A stretch of 64,000 nucleotides of DNA from contig JAMDBT010000047.1 in NCBI GenBank assembly GCA_023487205.1, forward strand, positions 16,879 to 80,878. Reading direction: 5' to 3'. The notes under the pieces are model-generated. The model was not told the DNA's origin. It did no database searches and worked only from the letters and a program-made list of their open reading frames with translations. The translations under genes were made by a program, and so were the position numbers. The DNA is from Thermoplasmatota archaeon (GTDB lineage Archaea; Thermoplasmatota; Thermoplasmata; Thermoplasmatales; Thermoplasmataceae). Shown here piece by piece: positions 1-8,948 of this stretch; position 1 is the stretch's first letter; every line of letters starts with the position of its first letter.

Positions 1-171
1 GGGGTATACATCGTCGGCGACGGTGGCGTGAAGCCGTACAGGGTAAGGGTGAGAAGTCCCACTTTCAAGAATCTTTCAGTGCTGCCCGTACTGGCAAAGG
101 ATCAGATGATTGCAGACATGGTTGCCATATCCGGGACACTTGACCTGGTATTCGGGGAGATTGACAGATGA
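1..171 (+). CDS. nuoD: NADH-quinone oxidoreductase subunit D, C-terminal fragment (5' end lies outside the window)
   Basis: Frame 1 reads GVYIVGDGGVKPYRVRVRSPTFKNLSVLPVLAKDQMIADMVAISGTLDLVFGEIDR*, the typical NuoD C-terminus. The stop overlaps the nuoH ATG (ATGA). Confidence 0.8.
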   Translation, partial: GVYIVGDGGVKPYRVRVRSPTFKNLSVLPVLAKDQMIADMVAISGTLDLVFGEIDR

Positions 172-1217
172 GCCTGTACTCAAGGCTGGTCGGCCTTTTT
201 TCACCACTCGGCAACCTGCCTTCCGAGGCGCTGTCGTACATTGCTGAGAGCCTGATCATGATCATAATTGCAACACTTGGCCTGGCGTTCATGATCTACC
301 TGTTCAGGAAATTCATGGCCAGGTTGCAATTAAGGATCGGCCCGAACAGGGTGGGAAAGTTCGGCTTATTGCAGGTGGTCGCAGACGGGCTCAAGCTTGC
401 AGGAAAGGAATCCATATTCCCCAAAGGCAGGGACGACCTTCCTTACAGGGTGGCTCCCTTGATTGGAATGGTTGGCCTGATCCTTGCGTTTGCAGTCCTT
501 CCATATGGAAGCCTGTTCTGGGTCGGTACTGTCACCATATTCGATGCGTCTGGCACCTCCGTGTCCGTCATTCTACTGTTTGCCATAATCGCGATTATGC
601 CAATAGGGGAAGTGCTTGCAGGAATAAGTTCAAGGAACAAGTATGCACTGCTGGGATCGCTCAGGTCCATAGCTAAGGACGTGTCGTTCGAGGTTCCCAT
701 GATGATTTCCGTTCTTGCCGTTGTGATGATGGCCTCCGCCCGGACTGCGTACCCGTTGAGCATCAATTCCATAGTCACAACTGAGATACTGCCCTACGGC
801 ATTCTTGAGCCGCTTGGAATATTCGTGTTCATGGTATCCATGGTGGCAAGGGCCTCGTACACTCCCTTCGATATGGGGGAGAGCGACAGCGAACTGATCA
901 CCGGCTATTCCACGGAGTACAGCGGAATGAGGTTTGCAATGTTCTACATGGGCCTCTTCGGATCGATACTTCTCGGGTCTTTCATGGTCTCTCTCTTCTA
1001 TCTTGGGGGATTCAACGGCCCATTGGATTCAAGCCTGGGCGTGGTCTGGCTTGTTATCAAGGCTCTGATCCTTGTACTGATTTCATTCACAATCTGGTTG
1101 TCAATGCCCAGGATCCGGATAGACAAGTTTGTCAATCTGGGATGGAAATACCTGCTTCCCCTGTCTATGATCAACCTGATCTTATCCGGGATCCTGACGC
1201 TGGGAATGGGGTGGTAG
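168..1217 (+). CDS. nuoH: NADH-quinone oxidoreductase subunit H (membrane)
   Basis: RIGPNRVGKFGLLQVVADGLKL motif, polytopic membrane protein, position in the operon. Confidence 0.95.
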   Translation: MSLYSRLVGLFSPLGNLPSEALSYIAESLIMIIIATLGLAFMIYLFRKFMARLQLRIGPNRVGKFGLLQVVADGLKLAGKESIFPKGRDDLPYRVAPLIGMVGLILAFAVLPYGSLFWVGTVTIFDASGTSVSVILLFAIIAIMPIGEVLAGISSRNKYALLGSLRSIAKDVSFEVPMMISVLAVVMMASARTAYPLSINSIVTTEILPYGILEPLGIFVFMVSMVARASYTPFDMGESDSELITGYSTEYSGMRFAMFYMGLFGSILLGSFMVSLFYLGGFNGPLDSSLGVVWLVIKALILVLISFTIWLSMPRIRIDKFVNLGWKYLLPLSMINLILSGILTLGMGW

Positions 1218-1220
1218 AAA

Positions 1221-1655
1221 TTGATTGAAGTGAAGGAGCCCAGGAGGCCGATTCCCATTGTGGGAAGCATTTCCGGGATGGTTAACGTTGCAAGACACCT
1301 TTTCAGGAAGCCTGTCACGGTCCAGTACCCGGAGGAGAAGCCCATTCTGCCACAACGCTTCAGGGCCAGAATATTCCTCAGGCTTGACGATTGCGTGGGA
1401 TGCACACTCTGCGAGCAGGTCTGCCCCAACAACAGCATTACCATGCAGCTTGTTGACAGGGAAAACCCCCGGAACAAGAGGAAGATATACCCGGACGTGA
1501 ATTTCGGAACCTGTACAGTATGCAGGAACTGCGAAGAAATCTGTCCCACGGATGCAATTTACCTGACTCACGTTTTCGAGACCTCCCGAACGAGGAACAG
1601 TTTCACCTATTCGCCGCAGGAACTAGCGCTTCAGGAGAATGAGGTGAAGAAGTGA
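1221..1655 (+). CDS. nuoI: NADH-quinone oxidoreductase subunit I (2x[4Fe-4S] ferredoxin-type)
   Basis: Two CxxCxxCxxxCP motifs (CVGCTLCEQVCP and CTVCRNCEEICP). Apparent TTG start. Confidence 0.92.
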   Translation: MIEVKEPRRPIPIVGSISGMVNVARHLFRKPVTVQYPEEKPILPQRFRARIFLRLDDCVGCTLCEQVCPNNSITMQLVDRENPRNKRKIYPDVNFGTCTVCRNCEEICPTDAIYLTHVFETSRTRNSFTYSPQELALQENEVKK

Positions 1656-1900
1656 TCTATACAGTCATATTCGCAGTTTTCGGGGTGATTCTCGTGGCAG
1701 CATCCATTCTTGCGGTGGAAAACATGAATATCGTGCATTCAGCCGTATGGCTAATGGTCTTCCTCTTCGCCATGGGTGCCTTCTTCATATTTTTCGGGGC
1801 CACATTCCTGGGCAGCGTCGAGCTTCTGGTGTACGTGGGGGCCGTTGTCACACTGATCACTTTCACGCTGATGCTTACGGGAGGAAAGGAGTTTGAATAA
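1652..1900 (+). CDS. nuoJ: NADH-quinone oxidoreductase subunit J, N-terminal part (split gene)
   Basis: 82 aa with 3 TM segments. Aligns by eye to NuoJ residues ~1-80 (..VHSAVWL..GA.FLG.VELLVYVGAV..). Confidence 0.8.
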   Translation: MIYTVIFAVFGVILVAASILAVENMNIVHSAVWLMVFLFAMGAFFIFFGATFLGSVELLVYVGAVVTLITFTLMLTGGKEFE

Positions 1901-2108
1901 GCGATCCTCCGCACTTGCTTCCGCGCTGTTCTTCTTTGTGTTTCTATACCAGATCATCAATATTACGGGAAACGTCACTTTTGTGTCACAGAATCTTACG
2001 GTGCTGTCCAGTGCGCTGTTCAGCACCTACCTGATTCCGTTCGAACTGATTTCCGTAATTCTGGTCGGATCGATTATTGCCATGTTCCACGTTGCCGGAG
2101 GGAAATGA
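1893..2108 (+). CDS. nuoJ: NADH-quinone oxidoreductase subunit J, C-terminal part (split gene)
   Basis: 71 aa. LFSTYLIPFELISVILVGSIIAMFHVAG matches the NuoJ C-terminal helix. TTG start overlaps the preceding stop. Confidence 0.7.
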   Translation: MNKRSSALASALFFFVFLYQIINITGNVTFVSQNLTVLSSALFSTYLIPFELISVILVGSIIAMFHVAGGK

Positions 2109-2404
2109 TGGTATTCATGGTCCTTGCGGAGTCATTGTCTCTCCTGCTGTTTGTAATCGGCCTATATGGCGTAATGAGTTCGAAGGTCGGGATCAAGATG
2201 CTGATTTCCATCGAGATCCTTGTCAATGCGGGCGTCCTTAACCTGGTGCTGGTCGCTGGATCGTCCATGCAACCGATTATCCTGGCTCTGATGGTGATTG
2301 CCATATCGGCAGCGGAATCCGTCGTAGGGCTCAGCATACTGGTAGCGATCTACAGGAAGTTCGGGAAAGTCAATATCTCACTGTTGAAGGAGATGAAGGA
2401 ATAG
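2105..2404 (+). CDS. nuoK: NADH-quinone oxidoreductase subunit K
   Basis: 99 aa with 3 TM segments, ..LISIEILVNAGVLNLV.., position in the operon. Confidence 0.9.
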   Translation: MMVFMVLAESLSLLLFVIGLYGVMSSKVGIKMLISIEILVNAGVLNLVLVAGSSMQPIILALMVIAISAAESVVGLSILVAIYRKFGKVNISLLKEMKE

Positions 2405-2405
2405 A

Positions 2406-4295
2406 ATGATCATTCAATGGCTTATCGTTCTTGCCCCGCTTATTGCGGCTCCCATAACGCTGGCAGCAGGTAAATGGAAGAGGAACCTCGCAGGAATAAT
2501 CGCATCGCTGAGCATTGGCATATCCCTGGCGATTTCAGGAATTACCTACTTCGGGGTGTCATCAGGTTCCACATATCAGGAGCAGTTCACCTGGTTTTCC
2601 AACGTTAGTTACGGCATCTACATAGACCCGCTGGCAGTGACCATGGCCCTCATGGTCTCTTTCGTTTCGCTGATGATTCATCTCTTTGCAATGTATTACA
2701 TGGGCAAAGATCCAAACAGGCATGTCTATTTTGTGGAGACCTCCCTGTTCACTGCGGGGATGCTTGGGATTGCCGTCTCGTCAAACCTGCTTGAGTTCTT
2801 CATGTTCTGGGAGCTGGTTGGGCTCTGTTCGTACTTGCTCATCGGTTTCTGGTTCTTCAAGCCCAATGCCACTGCTGCAGCAAAAAAGGCTTTCATCGTG
2901 ACCAGGGTGGGAGACCTGCTCTTTCTGATCGGGATTGTTGCGCTCTACGAGGGAATCACCACATCTGCGTTATCGGCCGATCCGCTTGGCATTCAATACC
3001 TGATCACGCATTCTTCCGCAGTCCTCGCAGCACTGGGAAGCACGAAACTGTTCTTTGTTACGGTCATGCTGCTGGGAGGCGCGATTGGAAAATCATCGCA
3101 GTTTCCGCTGCACGTATGGATACCAGACGCAATGGAAGGGCCCACGACGGTGTCTGCGCTCATTCACGCCGCTACCATGGTGACCGCGGGAATCTACCTA
3201 GTCGCAAGAGTCTATCCCCTGTTCGTAGCAGCTGGACCGGACATGCTCTACATTCTGGCAATTCTGGGGGCTTTCACTGCATTCATGGCAGGGACAATGG
3301 GAATCGTGATGAATGACATCAAGCGGATACTTGCCTATTCTACAATAAGCCAGCTTGGGTACATGCTTTCTGCACTCGGGTTGTTTAGCATATACGGTTC
3401 TGCTGCAGTCGGCATCTCGCTGTACCACCTTGTATCGCACGCCTTCTTCAAGGCAATGCTTTTCATGTCTGCCGGTGCTATACTGATTGCGCTGATGGAT
3501 CTCCGTGACGTGAGGCAGATGGGTGGGCTCTGGAAAAAGATGCCAGTAACCGTAACGCTCCTGTTCATTGGCAGCATTACACTGGCGGCGGTCCCCTTCA
3601 CTTCCGCCTATTTCTCCAAGGATACTATCATCTCGGCTTCCTGGCTGTATTATTCCGGCAACGGATCCATCATGTATGCCCTGCCATGGTTTCTCCTCGA
3701 GCTGGGATCGCTAATGACAGTCCTGTATACGTTCAGGATGTTCTTCCTCGTGGCGATCGGGAAGCCCAGATCCTTCCTGGCAGAACACGCCAGAGACCCT
3801 CCTCTGGTAGCCCTGATTCCGGTTGCGATCCTGGGGTTCTTCTCGCTCGTGTTTGGAGTGTTCCAGGGGTCGTTCTACAACTTCGTCAGCGGGTTTTCTG
3901 TTTCTGTTAAACCGGTGCCGCTGGAGATTGAATTGATCCCGTTGCTGATGCTGGTTCTGGGTGTTGCGGTAGCTTACCTGATATACGGTACCGGCGCCTG
4001 GTCCAGGCTGAAACTTTCCAGGCTACCCGGATATAAGTTCCTCAAGAACAAGTACTACCTGGACAGGCTTTACACAAACGTGATCGCCGAACGCGGAATT
4101 CTCCCGCTGTCCGGCGCTTTTGGAAGTTTCGAGGATTCCTATAATACGGCAAACGTGAGGGCAGGAAGGGGCGTTCTTTCATTCGGATCGCTTCTCAGGA
4201 AACTGCAGTCGGGCATTGTCGAGAATTATTTCCTCGTGATCATTGTTGCGTTTTCAATAATATTCGTGCTTGTGGATCTTATGGGAGGTTTCTAG
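2406..4295 (+). CDS. nuoL: NADH-quinone oxidoreductase subunit L (antiporter-like)
   Basis: 629 aa. FMFWELVGLCSYLLIGFW and SQFPLHVWIPDAMEGPTTVSALIHAATMV motifs. Confidence 0.95.
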   Translation: MIIQWLIVLAPLIAAPITLAAGKWKRNLAGIIASLSIGISLAISGITYFGVSSGSTYQEQFTWFSNVSYGIYIDPLAVTMALMVSFVSLMIHLFAMYYMGKDPNRHVYFVETSLFTAGMLGIAVSSNLLEFFMFWELVGLCSYLLIGFWFFKPNATAAAKKAFIVTRVGDLLFLIGIVALYEGITTSALSADPLGIQYLITHSSAVLAALGSTKLFFVTVMLLGGAIGKSSQFPLHVWIPDAMEGPTTVSALIHAATMVTAGIYLVARVYPLFVAAGPDMLYILAILGAFTAFMAGTMGIVMNDIKRILAYSTISQLGYMLSALGLFSIYGSAAVGISLYHLVSHAFFKAMLFMSAGAILIALMDLRDVRQMGGLWKKMPVTVTLLFIGSITLAAVPFTSAYFSKDTIISASWLYYSGNGSIMYALPWFLLELGSLMTVLYTFRMFFLVAIGKPRSFLAEHARDPPLVALIPVAILGFFSLVFGVFQGSFYNFVSGFSVSVKPVPLEIELIPLLMLVLGVAVAYLIYGTGAWSRLKLSRLPGYKFLKNKYYLDRLYTNVIAERGILPLSGAFGSFEDSYNTANVRAGRGVLSFGSLLRKLQSGIVENYFLVIIVAFSIIFVLVDLMGGF

Positions 4296-4298
4296 GCC

Positions 4299-5774
4299 AT
4301 GTTCCTTGCATTCATCTTCGGCCTGTTGTTTGCAATATCCCTGGTTACGTTCCTCACGGGCAGGTATTCCTCGAGATTCGCAATGGCGGGTTCGGTCCTC
4401 ATACTAGTCCTGGTCGCAGGATACCTTCTGGAAGTTATGCAAGGCTATAGTGGCGGCATCACGGGAAAGTACTCTTACCCGCTTAATGCAGAGTATCAAA
4501 TCTTTTTCTCGGTCGGGATAAACGGCTTTACCGGGCCGCTTCTGCTCGCTGCCGCAATAGTATTTCCCCTGTCAATATACATTTCCCTGAAGGAAAAGTA
4601 TGATGGCAAATTCTATGGGCTGATGATGCTCGCAGAGACCGGCCTGTTTGGGGTCCTCATATCCAGGGACATGATCCTTTTCTATATCTTCTGGGAGTTC
4701 GTCCTCGTTCCCGTTTTCTTCCTCATCCTTATGTACGGCGGGGAAGGGAGGAACTCTGTTGCCCTGAAATTCTTCGTGTACACGCACATCGGATCGGCAT
4801 TAATCCTGCTGGCCATATTCTCCCTGTATGCCTATTACTTCTCCGTTTACGGTATATACACGATGCAGATGTCTGCCCTGACCCAGCCCTCGTTTGTGTC
4901 CCAGATCCCGCTTTTCTGGGAGTTGTTCATTGTGGCGGGCCTGATGATAGGATTTCTTGTCAAGCTGCCGGTATTCCCGTTCCATGCGTGGCTTCCCGAC
5001 TCTTATGATGTTGCTCCATATCCCGTTACGGTGGCGATCGCGGGAGGTCTTTCCCTGATGGGAGGATACGGTCTGTTCGGGATCATGCTTGGGTTGAAGT
5101 CACTGTTTCCCGCGCTGGTGCTCTGGATCCTCGTGGGAATCTCCATCGTCTCGCTCATCTATTTTGCCCTGACTGCGATGTTTCAGACCTCAATCAAGAG
5201 GATGATGGCTTATGCCAGTGCCGGTTCAATGGGCTTCGTGCTGCTTGCATTCGCTGCAGGCATAATGGAAGAGTCAGGTGTTGAATACAATCTTGTCCTG
5301 TCCGGAGGCATGTTCCAGATACTGGCTCATGCGATCATAATCTCGCTGCTTTTCGTGAATATATTCTTCATCAAGCTCAAGGCGGGCACGGACACGCTGG
5401 GTGGCCTTGGAGGCATCTATCGCGAGGCTCCGGTGTTGTCAACAATAATGCTGGGAGGGCTCCTTGCGTCGCTGGGGCTTCCGGGCCTTGCCGGATTCAT
5501 AGGCGAATTCTCCATCCTCGGGGGGTCGTTCCAGGCCATTGGCTACCTGATTTTCTTCGTCATATTTTCGATGATAATCACGGCATCATACCACATATGG
5601 ATGGCACAGCGCACCCTGTATGGTCCGTACAATGAGCACCTGGGAGGGATAAGGGACCTCAGCAGGCCGGAAATGGCAGTCCTTGGCGCAGTCCTGATCC
5701 TTATTCTAGTACTGGGAGTGTTTCCGTCCCCGCTGTTTTCGCTGTTCTCGTCCTATGCAGGAGGGATTATATGA
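4299..5774 (+). CDS. nuoM: NADH-quinone oxidoreductase subunit M (antiporter-like)
   Basis: 491 aa. FYIFWEFVLVPVFFLI and KLPVFPFHAWLPDSY motifs. Confidence 0.95.
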   Translation: MFLAFIFGLLFAISLVTFLTGRYSSRFAMAGSVLILVLVAGYLLEVMQGYSGGITGKYSYPLNAEYQIFFSVGINGFTGPLLLAAAIVFPLSIYISLKEKYDGKFYGLMMLAETGLFGVLISRDMILFYIFWEFVLVPVFFLILMYGGEGRNSVALKFFVYTHIGSALILLAIFSLYAYYFSVYGIYTMQMSALTQPSFVSQIPLFWELFIVAGLMIGFLVKLPVFPFHAWLPDSYDVAPYPVTVAIAGGLSLMGGYGLFGIMLGLKSLFPALVLWILVGISIVSLIYFALTAMFQTSIKRMMAYASAGSMGFVLLAFAAGIMEESGVEYNLVLSGGMFQILAHAIIISLLFVNIFFIKLKAGTDTLGGLGGIYREAPVLSTIMLGGLLASLGLPGLAGFIGEFSILGGSFQAIGYLIFFVIFSMIITASYHIWMAQRTLYGPYNEHLGGIRDLSRPEMAVLGAVLILILVLGVFPSPLFSLFSSYAGGII

Positions 5775-7207
5775 CCCTGATAGCAGTACCGGGATGGCTC
5801 GAGAGTATACTCCCCATGATCTTTGTTGGTTTTGCGGGGTTCCTGATCCTTGCAATTGGAATGAAGGTTGATTCCGGAAAGGCTTTCTCCTCAATCACTT
5901 TCGTTGCACTTGCCCTTTCCCTGGTCAGCGTGGTCTGGCAGAGCTATGATCCGGTCGCAGGATCACTCGTCACTTTCAATCCCTTCAACGCATATTTCGC
6001 AGCGATCCTGATCATATCGTCGCTGTTCGTGACTTTCCCTGCCCTGAGAAACCTCACCGAAAGGAGGGACATATTCTATTCTCTCCTGCTTTTCGTGACT
6101 TTGGGGATGCTCGTCGCTTCGTTTACCATGAACCTTGTGGTAATGTTCGTCGCATTCGAGGCCGTGAGCATCGGGACCTATGTCATGGCGGGCTTCCACA
6201 AGACCAGGCGTGCACTTGAGGCGTCCGCGAAGTACTTTTTTACCGGTGCGGTTTCTACCGGATTCATCGTCATAGGCCTTTCCTACTATTTCCAGGCAAC
6301 GGGGACCTTCGACCTTACCGCAGTCACGATCGTGTCCAGGATACCGCTCCTGACTGCACTTGCCTTCCTCATTATAGGCTTCGGCTTCAAGCTGGCCATA
6401 TTCCCCATGCATCAATGGGCCATAGACACGTATGACGGATCGGAAAATTCAGTTTCAGCATTGCTTTCCACGGGTTCAAAGATTCTGGCATTCATGATCA
6501 TGCTGAAGCTTTTCGTCGTTGGATTCCCGCTTCTGGGGCAATCAGTCTTCATCTTTTTCACCATACTTGCAATCCTTACAATGACCTACGGCAACATTTC
6601 TGCCCTGTCTGAGACCAGGCTGAAGCGGCTCCTGGCATATTCCAGCGTTGCGCAGGCGGGTTACATGATCCTGGTGTTCAGCGCAGTAGCCTACGCCCAG
6701 TATAACGGCATGTCAGCGGGTTATATCCAGTTCATAGTGGCTGCAGGCATGCTCTATTCCCTGATCTACATCTTCATGAAGGGAGGGGCGTTCCTTGCGC
6801 TCAACTCCATAGGCAAGGAGAATCCGGGCCTGGAGGACATATCCGGGATGGGCACAAGATCACCGGCACTTGCTCTAAGCTTTACCGTGCTTCTGCTTGC
6901 GCTTGCAGGCATCCCGCTGACGGGAGGCTTCACGGCCAAGGCGTGGCTGTTCCTGTCGCTCATCAACGTCAAGCTCTGGTGGCTCGCCGTCATTGCCATC
7001 CTTAACAGCGCGATCTCCGTGTTCTATTATTTCAGGGTAATCAGCTATATGTACAGGAAAGAACCCCTATCCGGGGTCATAATCTCAACGGAGAAATCAG
7101 TGATTGTGCCTGTGGCCCTTGCTGCAGCAATTGTGGTGGCGCTGGGGATATATTTCTACGTTATCTACTTCATACTGCCGTTTGTTGGATTTCTGGTGGG
7201 TGGTTAA
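5771..7207 (+). CDS. nuoN: NADH-quinone oxidoreductase subunit N (antiporter-like)
   Basis: 478 aa. FVAFEAVSIGTYVMAGF and KLAIFPMHQWAIDTYDG motifs. ATGA overlap with nuoM. Confidence 0.93.
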   Translation: MTLIAVPGWLESILPMIFVGFAGFLILAIGMKVDSGKAFSSITFVALALSLVSVVWQSYDPVAGSLVTFNPFNAYFAAILIISSLFVTFPALRNLTERRDIFYSLLLFVTLGMLVASFTMNLVVMFVAFEAVSIGTYVMAGFHKTRRALEASAKYFFTGAVSTGFIVIGLSYYFQATGTFDLTAVTIVSRIPLLTALAFLIIGFGFKLAIFPMHQWAIDTYDGSENSVSALLSTGSKILAFMIMLKLFVVGFPLLGQSVFIFFTILAILTMTYGNISALSETRLKRLLAYSSVAQAGYMILVFSAVAYAQYNGMSAGYIQFIVAAGMLYSLIYIFMKGGAFLALNSIGKENPGLEDISGMGTRSPALALSFTVLLLALAGIPLTGGFTAKAWLFLSLINVKLWWLAVIAILNSAISVFYYFRVISYMYRKEPLSGVIISTEKSVIVPVALAAAIVVALGIYFYVIYFILPFVGFLVGG

Positions 7208-7250
7208 ACTGAACCTTATTGTTGAGCTGGCATTTGTGGAATCTTCTGTC

Positions 7251-7562
7251 ATGCAGGGAGACTACAGGAACGCCATCAAGCGCATCGACTCCAGGCTGAG
7301 GAAAGAGAACAGGAAACTCTCCGGGAGGAAGGGAGGGAGGTCCGCAGATCAGATAGCAGTTCTTTCCGGAATCCGCGACCTGCTTGAAGAAAAAATAACC
7401 CCTGAAAGCCTGAGGAAAAAGCTGTCCAAGTCAGGATCCTTTATGACGATTCCCGACAGTGCCAGATGCGCTGACAGGCTGATTTATTTTCTGGAATACT
7501 GCAGGGACCGGTATAACCTGAATTATCCGGAATATGACCAGAAGAGGTGTGGTGACCTGTGA
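7251..7562 (+). CDS. hypothetical small soluble protein (no family recognised)
   Basis: An ORF in a frame that overlaps the nuoN end. Candidate starts are ATG 7251, GTG ~7236 and GTG ~7198. Its stop overlaps the next ORF's start (GTGA). Confidence 0.45.
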   Translation: MQGDYRNAIKRIDSRLRKENRKLSGRKGGRSADQIAVLSGIRDLLEEKITPESLRKKLSKSGSFMTIPDSARCADRLIYFLEYCRDRYNLNYPEYDQKRCGDL

Positions 7563-7810
7563 GTCAGCGGCTTGAGGAATGCTTTGCGCACCTGAACGAC
7601 GAGGAGTCCGCTGCGGAGTGCGTGCACTGCCTGAAGAAACACGGGGAAACAGTAATCTTCTCGGACAAGCTTGGCCGCCTTGCACTGGGAAGGGAAATGT
7701 GGGACGACAGCCACGCAAAAGACATGGAATCGGTTTCCGAGATACTGGGCATAACAGACAGGAAAACTTACGAGGAAGCGGACAGGAAATACAACCTCAC
7801 AATGTACTGA
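7559..7810 (+). CDS. hypothetical small protein with a Cys/His cluster (CFAH-x10-CVHC)
   Basis: 83-aa ORF translationally coupled to the preceding ORF. No family recognised. Confidence 0.45.
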   Translation: MSQRLEECFAHLNDEESAAECVHCLKKHGETVIFSDKLGRLALGREMWDDSHAKDMESVSEILGITDRKTYEEADRKYNLTMY

Positions 7811-8752
7811 TCAGAAGCATTCTATCCGCTCTATCCTTGTCTCCCTCTCGCCAAAATCCACATTGAGTCTTGAGATAACGTCCTGGTATTTCGCGACCTG
7901 GGAAGTGGGAATTACCCAGTGAAAGTGTATTCTGGGGTCCGAATCATGGCTCTGGGAAGCATTCACATAGGTCAGTCCTTCTTTGGAAATCAGCTGCGCA
8001 ACGGCGTCCAGGTATGGCGCTTTGGTGGGAATCTCAAAGGAGGTCTTCGATTGATCGAGAGGTATGCATTCGGATTCATGGTCCAATTCAACAGGTCCAT
8101 TGAACTTGTATATGGCCCGGAATTCGCCGGTGCTCCCGTCGATCTTCATGACCCTGTTCCACGGAACTTTCATCAGGCCGTATCTGTCAAGATGCAAACT
8201 ATCCCCCGTCTTTGGCAACAGGCTATATTCCAGGTAGGACAGGGGAACCGTATCCTTCATAAGAGCAACAGAATCGCTGAGCCCCTCGGACTGGCCAAGG
8301 TAGGTTATTTCTGTGGATCTAACGGATCCAACAACCTTGAGTGCACTATGCTGTACCCTCTCCGCATACATGCGAGAATAGTACAGCGTGACCCAGTAGT
8401 AATCCGGGTCAAGTCCCACGTGCCTGACAGTAACCGAAGGTATGTTAATCATCTCCACCAGCGGGGAATACAGCGGGTTAGTCTCAAGTATGTCCCTGGT
8501 TATCACAAGGCCAGTCCCATTGCTGACCGATCCTGCCGAAACAAGCATTGACCTGAGGGACGCGTTCCGGCAAAGTATCTCCGGCACAAAGAAATCCAGC
8601 CGTAACCTCATTTCAACCTGGCGAATAAGCCCAGCCACCCGTGCATTCAGCCTCTTGGTAATGGCATGCAGGCTTCCGACAATTGGAGTCCTTATGGTGC
8701 AGCGCATATCAAGTATTCTCGTGCCGAGGATATCGCTCATCATGAAAGACAT
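7811..8752 (-). CDS. hypothetical protein (313 aa, soluble, no family recognised)
   Basis: Longest ORF at this locus with balanced composition. The antisense 210-aa ORF looks like a shadow. The start may be Met4 or Met5 (8743/8740). Confidence 0.6.
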   Translation of the reverse strand: MSFMMSDILGTRILDMRCTIRTPIVGSLHAITKRLNARVAGLIRQVEMRLRLDFFVPEILCRNASLRSMLVSAGSVSNGTGLVITRDILETNPLYSPLVEMINIPSVTVRHVGLDPDYYWVTLYYSRMYAERVQHSALKVVGSVRSTEITYLGQSEGLSDSVALMKDTVPLSYLEYSLLPKTGDSLHLDRYGLMKVPWNRVMKIDGSTGEFRAIYKFNGPVELDHESECIPLDQSKTSFEIPTKAPYLDAVAQLISKEGLTYVNASQSHDSDPRIHFHWVIPTSQVAKYQDVISRLNVDFGERETRIERIECF

Positions 8753-8948
8753 GCAGGCAGTGAAGATAAATCAGACTGTGATCCGGACGGGGCAACAGGA
8801 AATCGGATCAGTCTATATGACTGGAAGAATGTATTCATAGGTCATCCTCCCGGGACCGGAATCACGCTGAATTGCGCGTATGCGAAGAGAATAACGACCG
8901 TGTTGTGGAACAGAATATTTCACGAAGAACTCTGCCGGCAAAAGGCAC

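Noticed and set aside
7919-8551. 210-aa plus-strand ORF opposite the 313-aa orphan gene.
   Set aside because: It is shorter and has an Arg/Gly-rich, irregular composition. The minus-strand ORF is longer and better formed. Expression data could still overturn the strand choice.
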